From: a virus
Direction: 5' to 3' (one strand)
Length of the DNA stretch: 64,000 nucleotides
UHGV virus genome: UHGV-0171999
Shown: positions 1 to 9,237 of the stretch, one piece after another
Position numbering within the stretch: the stretch's first letter is position 1
How the letters are laid out: each line of letters opens with the position of its first letter
Notes under the pieces: generated by a model
What the model was told of the DNA's origin: nothing
Databases searched by the model: none
Seen by the model: the letters and a program-made list of their open reading frames with translations, nothing else
Made by a program: the position numbers and the translations under genes

Positions 1-221
1 GTAACGGAGCCTCCAATTCCAGACATTGCTGCAGAAGTTATAGGTTGAATAACTGACATCCATGGTAATTTATCAGTTGGAATACCCATTACGTCGCCTT
101 GTGCTCTTTGAGGTGGATGCAGACCAACTACACGAACACGAACACGACCTAATTTTAATGGGTCCATTCTATCTTCAACAACACCAACAAACCAATTAAG
201 GTTATTACTTATCATTTCCAT
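1..221 (-). CDS. 5: baseplate hub/tail lysozyme gp5, N-terminal part; gene continues past window start
   Basis: Reverse complement of 1-221 translates MEMISNNLNWFVG...SVIQPITSAAMSGIGGSV, matching remembered T4 gp5 N-terminus; start codon at 219-221; overlaps gene 53 stop. Confidence 0.85.
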   Translation of the reverse strand, partial: MEMISNNLNWFVGVVEDRMDPLKLGRVRVRVVGLHPPQRAQGDVMGIPTDKLPWMSVIQPITSAAMSGIGGSV

Positions 222-795
222 AAGATTTCTCCATTATACGTATAAGGTCGTTCATAAATGAATTGATGTCTGATTTTGCTATTATTTTTATTTGACGAAG
301 TTTTTCATTTTCAAGAACAGCAGCTTCATACGTATCGACTGCAGCAAGTGCTCCTTCATATTGAGGATATTTTCTAGCTTTATCGCCTTTGTCATACCAA
401 ACATATGGATTATCATCATATGATACTAAATTATAAAATTTTTCACCGTTCTCGTTCACATGATATACTATTTGGTCTCCACCTACGTTTTTGTATTTTT
501 GTATAGATGCTTGATAAGCAGCTTCTTGCGAAGTAATCCATCCATAATACGGATCATAATTATCATTACACATCAATAAAACCCAATACAACTGCGGATT
601 TCCATATATAGCATTTGCTAATTCTTCCGGGCGTGGTGAACCTTTAATATAATAAGTACGTAAACGGTATCCCGCAAGAGCACGTTTGAAATAGTCTTTA
701 TAGTTTCTAAAAATATCTGTCATAGGAATAGTCGGCGCGTTTTTATTCACCGTTTTGGCCGCATATTCAATCGGATCAAAAAATGTAAAGAGCAT
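205..795 (-). CDS. 53: baseplate wedge protein gp53
   Basis: 196-aa ORF, size and position upstream of gene 5 as in T4; late promoter upstream. Confidence 0.85.
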   Translation of the reverse strand: MLFTFFDPIEYAAKTVNKNAPTIPMTDIFRNYKDYFKRALAGYRLRTYYIKGSPRPEELANAIYGNPQLYWVLLMCNDNYDPYYGWITSQEAAYQASIQKYKNVGGDQIVYHVNENGEKFYNLVSYDDNPYVWYDKGDKARKYPQYEGALAAVDTYEAAVLENEKLRQIKIIAKSDINSFMNDLIRIMEKSYGNDK

Positions 796-808
796 GGGCC
801 CTCCTGTT

Positions 809-816
809 TATAAATA
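809..816 (+). promoter_or_regulatory. T4 late promoter TATAAATA, upstream of gene 4
   Basis: Exact TATAAATA about 27 nt before the ATG at 843. Confidence 0.6.
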
Positions 817-823
817 TATTATC

Positions 824-831
824 TATTTATA
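824..831 (-). promoter_or_regulatory. T4 late promoter TATAAATA on minus strand, upstream of gene 53
   Basis: + strand TATTTATA is the reverse complement of TATAAATA; divergent arrangement with gene 4. Confidence 0.6.
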
Positions 832-842
832 AGGAGAATCCA

Positions 843-1295
843 ATGGCATATTCTGGAAAATGGGTTCCTAAAAATATATCAAAATATAGAGGTGACCCTA
901 AAAAAATTACGTATAGATCAAATTGGGAAAAATTCTTTTTTGAATGGTTAGATAAAAATCCAGAAATTATTGCATGGGGTAGTGAAACAGCAGTAATTCC
1001 TTATTTTTGTAATGCAGAAGGGAAAAAACGTAGATACTTCATGGATATTTGGATGAAAGATTCTTCTGGGCAAGAATTTTTTATTGAAATAAAACCTAAA
1101 AAAGAAACACAACCACCAGTTAAACCAGCACATCTAACAACTGCAGCGAAGAAAAGATTTATGAATGAAATTTATACATATTCCGTTAATACTGACAAAT
1201 GGAAAGCAGCGCAAGCTTTAGCTGAAAAGCGCGGAATAAAATTTAGAATTCTAACAGAAGATGGATTACGAGCTCTTGGCTTTAAGGGGGCATAA
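843..1295 (+). CDS. 4: head completion protein gp4
   Basis: 150-aa ORF, size and synteny as T4 gp4. Confidence 0.8.
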   Translation: MAYSGKWVPKNISKYRGDPKKITYRSNWEKFFFEWLDKNPEIIAWGSETAVIPYFCNAEGKKRRYFMDIWMKDSSGQEFFIEIKPKKETQPPVKPAHLTTAAKKRFMNEIYTYSVNTDKWKAAQALAEKRGIKFRILTEDGLRALGFKGA

Positions 1296-2119
1296 TGGCT
1301 ATTTTTCAAATAATTAATGAAAGCACTCCCCAAGTTCCAAAGGTTAAGCAATCATTAAACGAAAAGAAATGGATTCAGATAGGTCTTGAATACAAAAAGG
1401 CCAAAGCAAAAGGAATGACAGGAAAGCAATTTGCCGAAGAAAGAGGAATCAAATACTCTACGTTTACTTCAGCAATGTCAAAATATGCTTCAGGAATTAA
1501 AACGGCTGAAAAGATTCAAAAGCTTGAATCAAAACCAATGAATAAACTCAATAAGCAAGAAAGACAACTGCTTATGATAAATTCATTCAGGCAAACATTG
1601 CGTGATAAAATTCGTAATGAAGGCGCAGCAATTAATAATAAAACCAGAAAGTGGTTTGCTGAAACTATTAAGCAAGTAAAAGGACATAAAGTTGTTCGCC
1701 CGCAGCCGGGACGAATATATGCTTTTGCTTATGATGCTAAACACAAAGAAACTCTTCCTTACTGGGATAAATTTCCTTTGATAATTTATCTTGGTTTAGG
1801 TAAACATAATTTAATGTACGGATTGAACTTGCACTATATTCCACCTAAAGCTCGTCAGCAATTTTTAGAAGAGCTTTTAAAGCAATATTCAAATACACCT
1901 ACTATTACTAATAAAACGAAATTAAAAATTGATTGGAGTCAAGTGAAAGGATTTAGGGGTGCAGACCAAATGATTAAGGCATATATACCAGGTAATATTA
2001 TGGGTAGCCTTGTTGAAATCGCCCCGAAAGACTGGGCGAACGTTGTGTTAATGCCACTTCAGCAGTTCGTTTCAAAAGGAAAACGTTTCTCTGCAAACAA
2101 AGTCTGGTCAAATATCTAA
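1295..2119 (+). CDS. 2: DNA end protector protein gp2
   Basis: 274-aa ORF, size and synteny as T4 gp2; start overlaps gene 4 stop. Confidence 0.8.
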   Translation: MAIFQIINESTPQVPKVKQSLNEKKWIQIGLEYKKAKAKGMTGKQFAEERGIKYSTFTSAMSKYASGIKTAEKIQKLESKPMNKLNKQERQLLMINSFRQTLRDKIRNEGAAINNKTRKWFAETIKQVKGHKVVRPQPGRIYAFAYDAKHKETLPYWDKFPLIIYLGLGKHNLMYGLNLHYIPPKARQQFLEELLKQYSNTPTITNKTKLKIDWSQVKGFRGADQMIKAYIPGNIMGSLVEIAPKDWANVVLMPLQQFVSKGKRFSANKVWSNI

Positions 2120-2225
2120 TTCTATTATCTTCCATTCTTTTCTATTGTTTGTTCTAATTGGAATTGAATGGAAGGGACTTAGATCCATTATACCACCAAC
2201 ATTTATAAAGCATTATGAGGAATAT

Positions 2226-2756
2226 ATGTCGCAAGCACTACAACAAATTTTTAACCAAGCAAATACAACTAACTTTGTAGTATCAATACCACATAGTAAT
2301 ACTACATCTGCTTTTACTTTAAATGCTCAGTCAGTTCCTATTCCAGGAATTAGGATACCTGTTACTGATACCGTGACTGGGCCATTTGGACTGGGTCGAG
2401 CACAGCGTCCAGGAGTTACATTTGAGTACGATCCACTCATCGTGAGATTTATAGTTGATGAAGAGCTTAAGTCGTGGATAGGAATGTATGAATGGATGCT
2501 AGGAACTAGTAACTATCTTACAGGCGAAAATACTGCCCCAAAAACAGGTCCTGAATACATTACGCTTTACATTTTAGATAATAGTAAAACTGAAATCGTG
2601 ATGTCAATAAATTTTTATAAGCCTTGGGTTTCTGACCTGTCTGAAGTAGAATTTAGCTACACGGAAGATTCAGACCCGGCTTTAGTATGTACAGCAACGA
2701 TTCCTTATACGTATTTTCAAGTAGAAAAAGATGGTAAAATTATAGCAGAAGTTTAA
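2226..2756 (+). CDS. 3: tail completion/sheath stabilizer gp3
   Basis: Internal ATG of ORF 2145..2756 with GAGGA Shine-Dalgarno gives 176 aa (T4 gp3 size). Confidence 0.75.
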   Translation: MSQALQQIFNQANTTNFVVSIPHSNTTSAFTLNAQSVPIPGIRIPVTDTVTGPFGLGRAQRPGVTFEYDPLIVRFIVDEELKSWIGMYEWMLGTSNYLTGENTAPKTGPEYITLYILDNSKTEIVMSINFYKPWVSDLSEVEFSYTEDSDPALVCTATIPYTYFQVEKDGKIIAEV

Positions 2757-2805
2757 TGCTTCAGTTTCATGTGTTATAATCTTAACTAAATTTGAGGAGA
2801 AACAT

Positions 2806-3518
2806 ATGAAACTAATCTTTTTAAGCGGTGTAAAGCGTAGTGGAAAAGATACCACTGCTGATTTTATTATGAATAATTATTTTGCAGTTAAATATCAACT
2901 TGCTGGTCCGATTAAAGATGCACTAGCCTATGCGTGGGGTGTATTTGCATCAAACACCGTTCATCCTTGCTTAACTCGTAAAGAGTTTGAAGGAATTGAC
3001 TATGATCGTGAAACTAATTTAAATCTGACTAAATTAGAAGTAATTACGATTATGGAACAAGCATTTTGCTATCTTAATAATAAAAGCCCAATTAAAGGTG
3101 TGTTTGTTTTTGATGACGCAGTTAATTTCGTAGCATTTAACAAGATTGCTGACGTTATAAATAATATTGAAGATCAATGGTCAGTCCGTCGTCTGATGCA
3201 AGCCCTAGGTACGGATTTGATTGTTAATAACTTCGACCGCATGTATTGGGTAAAATTATTTGCTTTAGATTATCTTGATAAATTTAACTCAGGTTATGAT
3301 TATTATATCGTTCCTGATACTCGTCAAGATCATGAAATGGATGCGGCTAGGGCGATGGGTGCTACAGTAATTCATGTAGTTCGTCCTGGTCAAAAATCCA
3401 ATGATACTCATATTACAGAAGCTGGATTGCCAATTCGTGATGGCGATTTAGTAATTACAAACGATGGTTCTCTTGAAGAACTTTTTTCTAAAATTAAAAA
3501 TACACTAAAGGTACTATA

Positions 3519-3519
<1 letters not shown>
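2806..3519 (+). CDS. 1: deoxynucleoside monophosphate kinase gp1
   Basis: N-terminus MKLIFLSGVKRSGKDTTADF (P-loop) and length match remembered T4 gp1. Confidence 0.9.
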
Positions 3520-4216
<697 letters not shown>

Positions 4217-4228
4217 TTTCACAAAGTT

Positions 4229-4258
4229 GTTTACACGTTGATGAGGTAGTGATACTAT
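4229..4258 (+). promoter_or_regulatory. T4 early promoter
   Basis: GTTTAC, 18-nt spacer, TACTAT; upstream of ORF 4289. Confidence 0.6.
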
Positions 4259-4288
4259 TATCTCATCAAAATTAATTAGGAAAATAAA

Positions 4289-4603
4289 ATGAAAACTTTC
4301 AAAGAATTTACTTCTACAACTACCCCGGTTTCTACTATTACTGAAGCTACTCTTACTTCTGAAGTTATTAAAGCAAATAAAGGACGAGAAGGTAAACCAA
4401 TGATTAGTTTGGTTGATGGTGAAGAAATCAAAGGTACTGTTTACCTAGGCGATGGATGGTCTGCTAAAAGGATGGTGCTACAATCGTTATCTCTCCTGCT
4501 GAAGAAACTGCGTTGTTTAAAGCTAAACACATTTCTGCGGCACATCTCAAGATTATTGCTAAAAATCTTTTGTAATAAATATTTCACAAAGTTGTTTACA
4601 TAG
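4289..4603 (+). CDS. ipI-locus internal-protein-like gene with capsid-targeting-like leader; apparent frameshift near 4466
   Basis: N-terminus MKTFKEFT...ITEA resembles IP capsid-targeting leader; after about residue 60 the frame runs into junk through the next promoter, while another frame reads DGATIVISPAEETALFKAKHISAAHLKIIAKNLL to a stop near 4575. Confidence 0.5.
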   Translation: MKTFKEFTSTTTPVSTITEATLTSEVIKANKGREGKPMISLVDGEEIKGTVYLGDGWSAKRMVLQSLSLLLKKLRCLKLNTFLRHISRLLLKIFCNKYFTKLFT

Positions 4604-4623
4604 GGTTTTAGTTGTGATACTAT
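4594..4623 (+). promoter_or_regulatory. T4 early promoter
   Basis: TTTCACAAAGTTGTTTACA...TACTAT consensus. Confidence 0.6.
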
Positions 4624-4651
4624 TACCCTATCAACTACCGAGGAGAATAAA

Positions 4652-4837
4652 ATGAAACGTTGTGAATTAATTCGAAATGTTGCTATTGCAATTTCTGCTT
4701 CTGCTTTTAGTTTTTCAATGTTTGTTGGATTTATATGCGGATTATTAACTACAGCAGAAAACGTTTTTTCACTTGTAGTAGCATTTTTAATTGGTTTAAT
4801 TGCTATCGTTATGGATAAAATTTCTAAAGGTGAATAG
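4652..4837 (+). CDS. small hydrophobic membrane protein
   Basis: 61-aa ORF with GAGGAG Shine-Dalgarno; predicted transmembrane segments. Confidence 0.55.
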   Translation: MKRCELIRNVAIAISASAFSFSMFVGFICGLLTTAENVFSLVVAFLIGLIAIVMDKISKGE

Positions 4838-4838
4838 A

Positions 4839-5219
4839 ATGTACAAAGTGTATGCGGATTATCAGGCTAATCCATCTGAAAAGCCAGGTTGTCAAATTGG
4901 ATGGGCTCATGATACTTTGCTTGAAGCAGTAGATGCTGCTCAAAAATTGGGATATAAATATGTAGAGATTGTTCAACCGTCAGGAAAAGTTATTACTCTT
5001 GAAGAGTTCAATAACATTAAACCAAACTTTTTACTTTTTGCAGGTGATAATTATTATCCTCGTGGTGGATATGCTGATTTAATAGCGAAAGCCGCTACCG
5101 AAGATGAACTCCGTGACATTATCAAAGAAAATGAAAACAAACCAGATTATGGTTCTAATCGCTTTGATTGGTGGCAAATTGTAAATGCCAATACGCACAC
5201 TATTGTTGATGAAGGTTGA
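4839..5219 (+). CDS. hypothetical protein
   Basis: ATG MYKVYADYQ... with AAAGGTGA Shine-Dalgarno; 126 aa. Confidence 0.55.
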   Translation: MYKVYADYQANPSEKPGCQIGWAHDTLLEAVDAAQKLGYKYVEIVQPSGKVITLEEFNNIKPNFLLFAGDNYYPRGGYADLIAKAATEDELRDIIKENENKPDYGSNRFDWWQIVNANTHTIVDEG

Positions 5220-5221
5220 TA

Positions 5222-5509
5222 ATGATTCTTTATGCGAAAGTATCGTCCGTTGAAAATGGATATAAATATGATCAAGAAGCAGCTAAAGCCTTGATTGATG
5301 ATTATGGCATTTTAACATATTTTGAAGTTGAAAAGGTTTACATTGACCGTTCATCTTCTCAAGTTAAATTAGTGAAGGAAGACCGTAAATTTAACACAGT
5401 AAATTTTGATTTCTTTATTGAAACAGAAAAAGGTCCTCTTGAATATGATATTTTCAAGAATCCTTTGGGTCTTGAATGCATCGTAAATATGTATTATCAT
5501 AAATGGTAA
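5222..5509 (+). CDS. hypothetical protein
   Basis: ATG MILYAKVSS... after GAAGG; 95 aa. Confidence 0.5.
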   Translation: MILYAKVSSVENGYKYDQEAAKALIDDYGILTYFEVEKVYIDRSSSQVKLVKEDRKFNTVNFDFFIETEKGPLEYDIFKNPLGLECIVNMYYHKW

Positions 5510-5606
5510 ATATGCTTTAAGAATTATTTGTTATTATTAACTCATATCGCACTGATTAATACCCTCTATCATCAAGGGTTCTTGCTTGAGAGCCTTTGTT
5601 AATAAT

Positions 5607-5679
5607 TGGGAATTAGCCAAGTTGGTAAGGCACTGGATTTTGATTCCAGGATGCAAAGGTTCGAGTCCTTTATTCCCAG
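5607..5679 (+). tRNA. tRNA-Gln (anticodon UUG)
   Basis: Manual cloverleaf: acceptor TGGGAAT/ATTCCCA, anticodon loop TTTTGAT, T-loop TTCGAGT. Confidence 0.8.
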
Positions 5680-5680
5680 C

Positions 5681-5767
5681 GCGAGAATGGTCAAATTGGT
5701 AAAGGCACAGCACTTAAAATGCTGCGGAATGATTTCCTTGTGGGTTCGAGTCCCACTTCTCGCACCA
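5681..5767 (+). tRNA. tRNA-Leu (anticodon UAA), long variable arm, encoded CCA
   Basis: Acceptor GCGAGAA/TTCTCGC, anticodon loop CTTAAAA, long extra arm. Confidence 0.8.
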
Positions 5768-5772
5768 AATTT

Positions 5773-5846
<74 letters not shown>

Positions 5847-5856
5847 ATTTAATTTA

Positions 5857-5931
5857 CTCCGTGTAGCTCAATGGCAGAGCGATCGCCTGTTAAGCGATTG
5901 GTTATAGGTTCGAATCCTATCACGTCCGCCA
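5857..5931 (+). tRNA. tRNA-like gene, anticodon GUU (Asn-type), acceptor stem mismatched as read; possible pseudo or chimeric tRNA
   Basis: Clean D-arm, anticodon arm (loop CTGTTAA) and T-arm (GGTTCGAATCC), but 5' CTCCGTG vs 3' CACGTCC leaves top three acceptor pairs unpaired. Confidence 0.45.
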
Positions 5932-5935
5932 AATC

Positions 5936-6011
5936 CGAGGCATAGCTCAGAAGGAAGAGCAAGGACCTTCTAAGTCCTAGGTCGTAGGTTCGATCCCTAC
6001 TGCCTCGACCA
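5936..6011 (+). tRNA. tRNA-Arg (anticodon UCU), encoded CCA
   Basis: Acceptor CGAGGCA/TGCCTCG, anticodon loop CTTCTAA, T-loop TTCGATC. Confidence 0.8.
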
Positions 6012-6027
6012 ATTAAGTGAGGAAAAT

Positions 6028-6378
6028 ATGAAAGGTAATGTTTATTTAGTAGTTCATGATTTAACGTTCTATTTTAATCACAATGACACTGTTATTTCTG
6101 AACGTGTAATTAATTTGCTTTATCAGCATGCAGATTATGTTTATGTCGAAAACGAATATGGTCATTGGCAATTTCTCAAAAATCGTTCATTTGGTTTAGA
6201 TGGTTACGAATACTTTGAACGTAAAGACCTTTTAGATAAAATTCCGTTATCTACACAATATCAAAATCATAAGTCTTTATATAAATGCCGTCCAATTCGA
6301 AATGCTGAATCCGCGTATGAAGCAATTGATTTATGGCGTAAACGCCGTGAACAGATTGATTCTTTAAAAGAATATTAA
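6028..6378 (+). CDS. hypothetical protein
   Basis: 116-aa ORF with GTGAGGAAAA Shine-Dalgarno immediately after tRNA-Arg. Confidence 0.6.
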   Translation: MKGNVYLVVHDLTFYFNHNDTVISERVINLLYQHADYVYVENEYGHWQFLKNRSFGLDGYEYFERKDLLDKIPLSTQYQNHKSLYKCRPIRNAESAYEAIDLWRKRREQIDSLKEY

Positions 6379-6382
6379 GAAA

Positions 6383-6716
6383 CCGGGTCGCTACCGGTAA
6401 GTCGTCGGACTGATGTTCCCTGCGTAAGGACTGGCATTAACAAATCTTTACGATCTGTTAATGTCCCCTTACATCACAGCAGAAACGGCGCACAGAATTA
6501 TCGATTCGAGGAAATATCTTTGCCGTAAGCCGAGTAGCGTTTTTGACGGAACGTTCGGATATGGTCGAGATATGGCCTTTTAAAAATATTGAGTAGCGTC
6601 AACTGCTTAATAACCGGGTTCGAATCCCGGCGTTTCGTACAAACACTTGCCTTAGCAGGTGGAACCCCGACAAGGTTGCCGCAAGGCTTAGCCCCGACCA
6701 AAAGGTTGGGGCTTTT
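6383..6716 (+). ncRNA. candidate structured stable RNA(s), possibly like T4 species 1/2 RNAs (rnaC/rnaD)
   Basis: About 330 nt with no supported ORF, higher GC, long hairpin around 6420-6470, tRNA-like T-arm CCGGGTTCGAATCCCGG, ends in an intrinsic terminator. Confidence 0.4.
6690..6716 (+). terminator. intrinsic terminator hairpin with T-run
   Basis: GCCCCGACC-AAAA-GGTTGGGGC followed by TTTTT. Confidence 0.6.
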
Positions 6717-6850
6717 TGGTATCTAGGCCTTTCTGGACCTCTCTAGGCATCATTTAGTTTCTACCCTTTATAATATATTATCCTATCCTTTAATTGCCCC
6801 TTTCATCCCTAGAATTCCCTAAAACTTTTTAAAAAATTTTTCACAAAACT

Positions 6851-6880
6851 GTTTACACCCCTGTTCTTCCATGGTACTAT
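6851..6880 (+). promoter_or_regulatory. T4 early promoter, member of a repeated promoter-leader cassette
   Basis: GTTTAC...TGGTACTAT; near-identical to cassettes near 22594, 24033 and 48545. Confidence 0.65.
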
Positions 6881-6911
6881 ACAACTATCAACTACTGATA
6901 CAGAAAACAAC

Positions 6912-7187
6912 TTGGAGAATGAAATGGATAATTACGGCGAACTGTTCAACTTCTTTATGAAATGCGTTTCAGAAGATTTCGGTCGTACAGTGAATGATAT
7001 TAAAGTTATCGGTCCTGACCATCCGATGTTTGAAACTTACGCAGTAATGGGTAATGAAGATGGTCAGTGGTATACTGTAAAGGTTGTGATTAACATGTTC
7101 ACTGCTGAAGGTTATGTTAAACTGTCTTCTAAAGTTTACCATGATAACGACGAAATCGCAGAAGAATATTTCAATAATATGAAATAA
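6912..7187 (+). CDS. hypothetical protein
   Basis: 91-aa ORF after early promoter and GGAGAA Shine-Dalgarno. Confidence 0.6.
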   Translation: MENEMDNYGELFNFFMKCVSEDFGRTVNDIKVIGPDHPMFETYAVMGNEDGQWYTVKVVINMFTAEGYVKLSSKVYHDNDEIAEEYFNNMK

Positions 7188-7291
7188 GTTTACATAGGCT
7201 CATGATTGAGATATTATGAGCCTATAACTTGATGATAGAGTATAATACTACTTTTACGGATTTTAAATCTTAATCAACCTAAGGAAATACT

Positions 7292-7885
7292 ATGAACACA
7301 CTGAAGAAAATTGTTGAGTTTATTCGCACTAAACTTGGTTCTGCTATGGCTAAAAATTTATCTGTTGAAGAACAGTATACTGCTGCAGCAGCAAAACTAC
7401 TTGATAAAATTAAAGACCTAAAAACTGCTTCTGTTAAATCTATTAATGAAGAAAAACGTATTCGTGAACTTATTGTCGAAAAGAATCGACAGGCCGAATC
7501 AAAAGAGCGTGAAATTCGCAAGCTTCTTTCCGAAGGTCAAGATGTAACAATGCATGCTAAACTCGGCTTGCTATATCGTCGAACAGCTGAGCAGTTGACT
7601 ACTAAAGCTGATGGTTATGCTGAAATGCGAATTGAAATCGCCAAGAAAGTAGTTGAATTGGATGATGCTCGCCAAGAACTTGCAGTTAAATTGGAATATA
7701 TCCGTGAAACTCGTGCAGCAAATGCCCTTGGAATTAGTACTGCTGATGATGTAGTTGAAATTGCAGCGCTGACTAAGGTTGATATTGAAGATACTCTTGC
7801 TCGAGTTGAAACCTTTAATGGCAATATTTCTGGGGTTGAAACTACCTCTGCCGATGTTCAGGAATATATTAATTCTTTGAAATAA
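7292..7885 (+). CDS. hypothetical coiled-coil protein
   Basis: 197-aa ORF rich in heptad-like charged repeats; AAGGAAA Shine-Dalgarno. Confidence 0.6.
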   Translation: MNTLKKIVEFIRTKLGSAMAKNLSVEEQYTAAAAKLLDKIKDLKTASVKSINEEKRIRELIVEKNRQAESKEREIRKLLSEGQDVTMHAKLGLLYRRTAEQLTTKADGYAEMRIEIAKKVVELDDARQELAVKLEYIRETRAANALGISTADDVVEIAALTKVDIEDTLARVETFNGNISGVETTSADVQEYINSLK

Positions 7886-7890
7886 TGATA

Positions 7891-7906
7891 AGGGGCTTCG
7901 GCCCCT
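7891..7906 (+). terminator. UUCG-tetraloop hairpin
   Basis: AGGGGCTTCGGCCCCT. Confidence 0.55.
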
Positions 7907-7926
7907 ATTACTTGGAGTAAATAGGA

Positions 7927-8532
7927 ATGAAAATGCAAAGTGATTTTAATTCAATGTTTGAAGAGTTCCAAAGACAGGTTGATGTTCCAGACCAATTACT
8001 AAATGCTCTTAAACGCATGGCAGAAGGACGTAATTACTATTGGGGTTCTTCATATGAAACTGATGAAAGTCTTTCTGGAAGATTTTCTAGAGGTAAAAAG
8101 TCTTTAATACGTCCTGGAATACTTATTAACAGTATTGAATCAATTCATTTATTAACATGCGATTTTGATGTTGAATTTACTGATTTCATTTCTCCTGAAT
8201 GGACGGTCTGTTATTTAAATGACGATTATGATTATCTTGGCGTTTATAGTTTAAGTGACGCATGGTTTAAACGTAATTTACAAAAGTCAAATTTATTTTA
8301 TATTGATACTACAGTAAAATTTCAGGGAAAGAAATATTTCTTTACTCTTATAGTTGACTCTGAAACAAAATATGAAAATAAGCGTATTCTTAGTAAAAAG
8401 AATATCTTGACTATTGTTGATGATCTTTTTGATAAATTCGTAGAAAATCCTAATTTTGAAAGCGATTTATTAGAAAAATTTGTTAAGGAATGCAGAGAAT
8501 ATGTCAAAGCCATCACTATACCTTCCAAGTAA
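7927..8532 (+). CDS. hypothetical protein, first of four consecutive genes sharing a conserved 3' junction motif
   Basis: 201-aa ORF; C-terminal LEKFVKECREY motif shared with the next three ORFs. Confidence 0.55.
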   Translation: MKMQSDFNSMFEEFQRQVDVPDQLLNALKRMAEGRNYYWGSSYETDESLSGRFSRGKKSLIRPGILINSIESIHLLTCDFDVEFTDFISPEWTVCYLNDDYDYLGVYSLSDAWFKRNLQKSNLFYIDTTVKFQGKKYFFTLIVDSETKYENKRILSKKNILTIVDDLFDKFVENPNFESDLLEKFVKECREYVKAITIPSK

Positions 8533-8893
8533 ACCTTTGAAGTATGAATTAAAGCGCCAGATAATTTCTACCGATGTATTAATGGGTCCTGTGGTAGCTG
8601 TATCATTTGTGATTCTGCTGATTGCTGGAATGGTTATAGACGTTATGACTGATATTGAATCTGGTGTAATATTTGGAGCAACGCTAATTCTTCCATTAAT
8701 AATTCCGCTTTTATTAGTACCTGTAAATTTGGTAGGATACTGGTATCAAGGAAGACATTATCGTAAACGCGTACGTGATTGGAAAGCACAGTGTAAAAAG
8801 ATTAAAAAGGAACACCAGCTTAAACTAGATATGTATGAATTTAATGAAATTATGAAATTTGTTAAGGAATCACGATGCAAAAGCCAAAACTAA
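8501..8893 (+). CDS. small membrane protein, paralog family
   Basis: Start chosen by analogy with paralog junctions (AAGGA...ATG); hydrophobic segments; C-terminal MKFVKESRCK. Confidence 0.5.
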   Translation: MSKPSLYLPSKPLKYELKRQIISTDVLMGPVVAVSFVILLIAGMVIDVMTDIESGVIFGATLILPLIIPLLLVPVNLVGYWYQGRHYRKRVRDWKAQCKKIKKEHQLKLDMYEFNEIMKFVKESRCKSQN

Positions 8894-9237
8894 ATAAAGT
8901 CAAATATTCGTTTCCTGAGGCACTATTAATTCTTGCTGTGTCAGTATTTGCAGCTCTTGCAGGTAGTTTTATTGGATTAATGATTGACTGTATTATTTTA
9001 AACATCGATGGTTCAGCGATTATAACAGAGGTTTGGAGTGAACTTCGTTTTACTATAGCGATTACATTATTTTCATTCTTTGGCACCATGTTATATTTTC
9101 ATTATGATAATTTTAAAATAAATTGGCAAAGAAAAAAGGATTACAAAATACAATTAAAAGAATATAATAGCTATATGTCTTATATTGAAAATGAATCAAT
9201 GAAAGAGTTTGTGAGTGATTGTAGGAAAATCGGATGA
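8875..9237 (+). CDS. small membrane protein, paralog family
   Basis: 120 aa; two hydrophobic segments; C-terminal KEFVSDCRKIG; AAGGA Shine-Dalgarno inside preceding gene's 3' end. Confidence 0.55.
   Translation: MQKPKLNKVKYSFPEALLILAVSVFAALAGSFIGLMIDCIILNIDGSAIITEVWSELRFTIAITLFSFFGTMLYFHYDNFKINWQRKKDYKIQLKEYNSYMSYIENESMKEFVSDCRKIG

Noticed and set aside
948-1133. 61-aa minus-strand ORF inside gene 4
   Set aside because: Antisense to a well-supported gene, low-complexity product, no ribosome-binding site.
6498-6701. 67-aa minus-strand ORF in the region after the tRNAs
   Set aside because: Lies inside the GC-rich structured non-coding region and has no start context; more likely an RNA locus.
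7279-7824. Minus-strand ORFs 7279..7521 and 7615..7824
   Set aside because: Antisense to ORF 7292..7885; Ser/Ala-rich reverse-frame artefacts.
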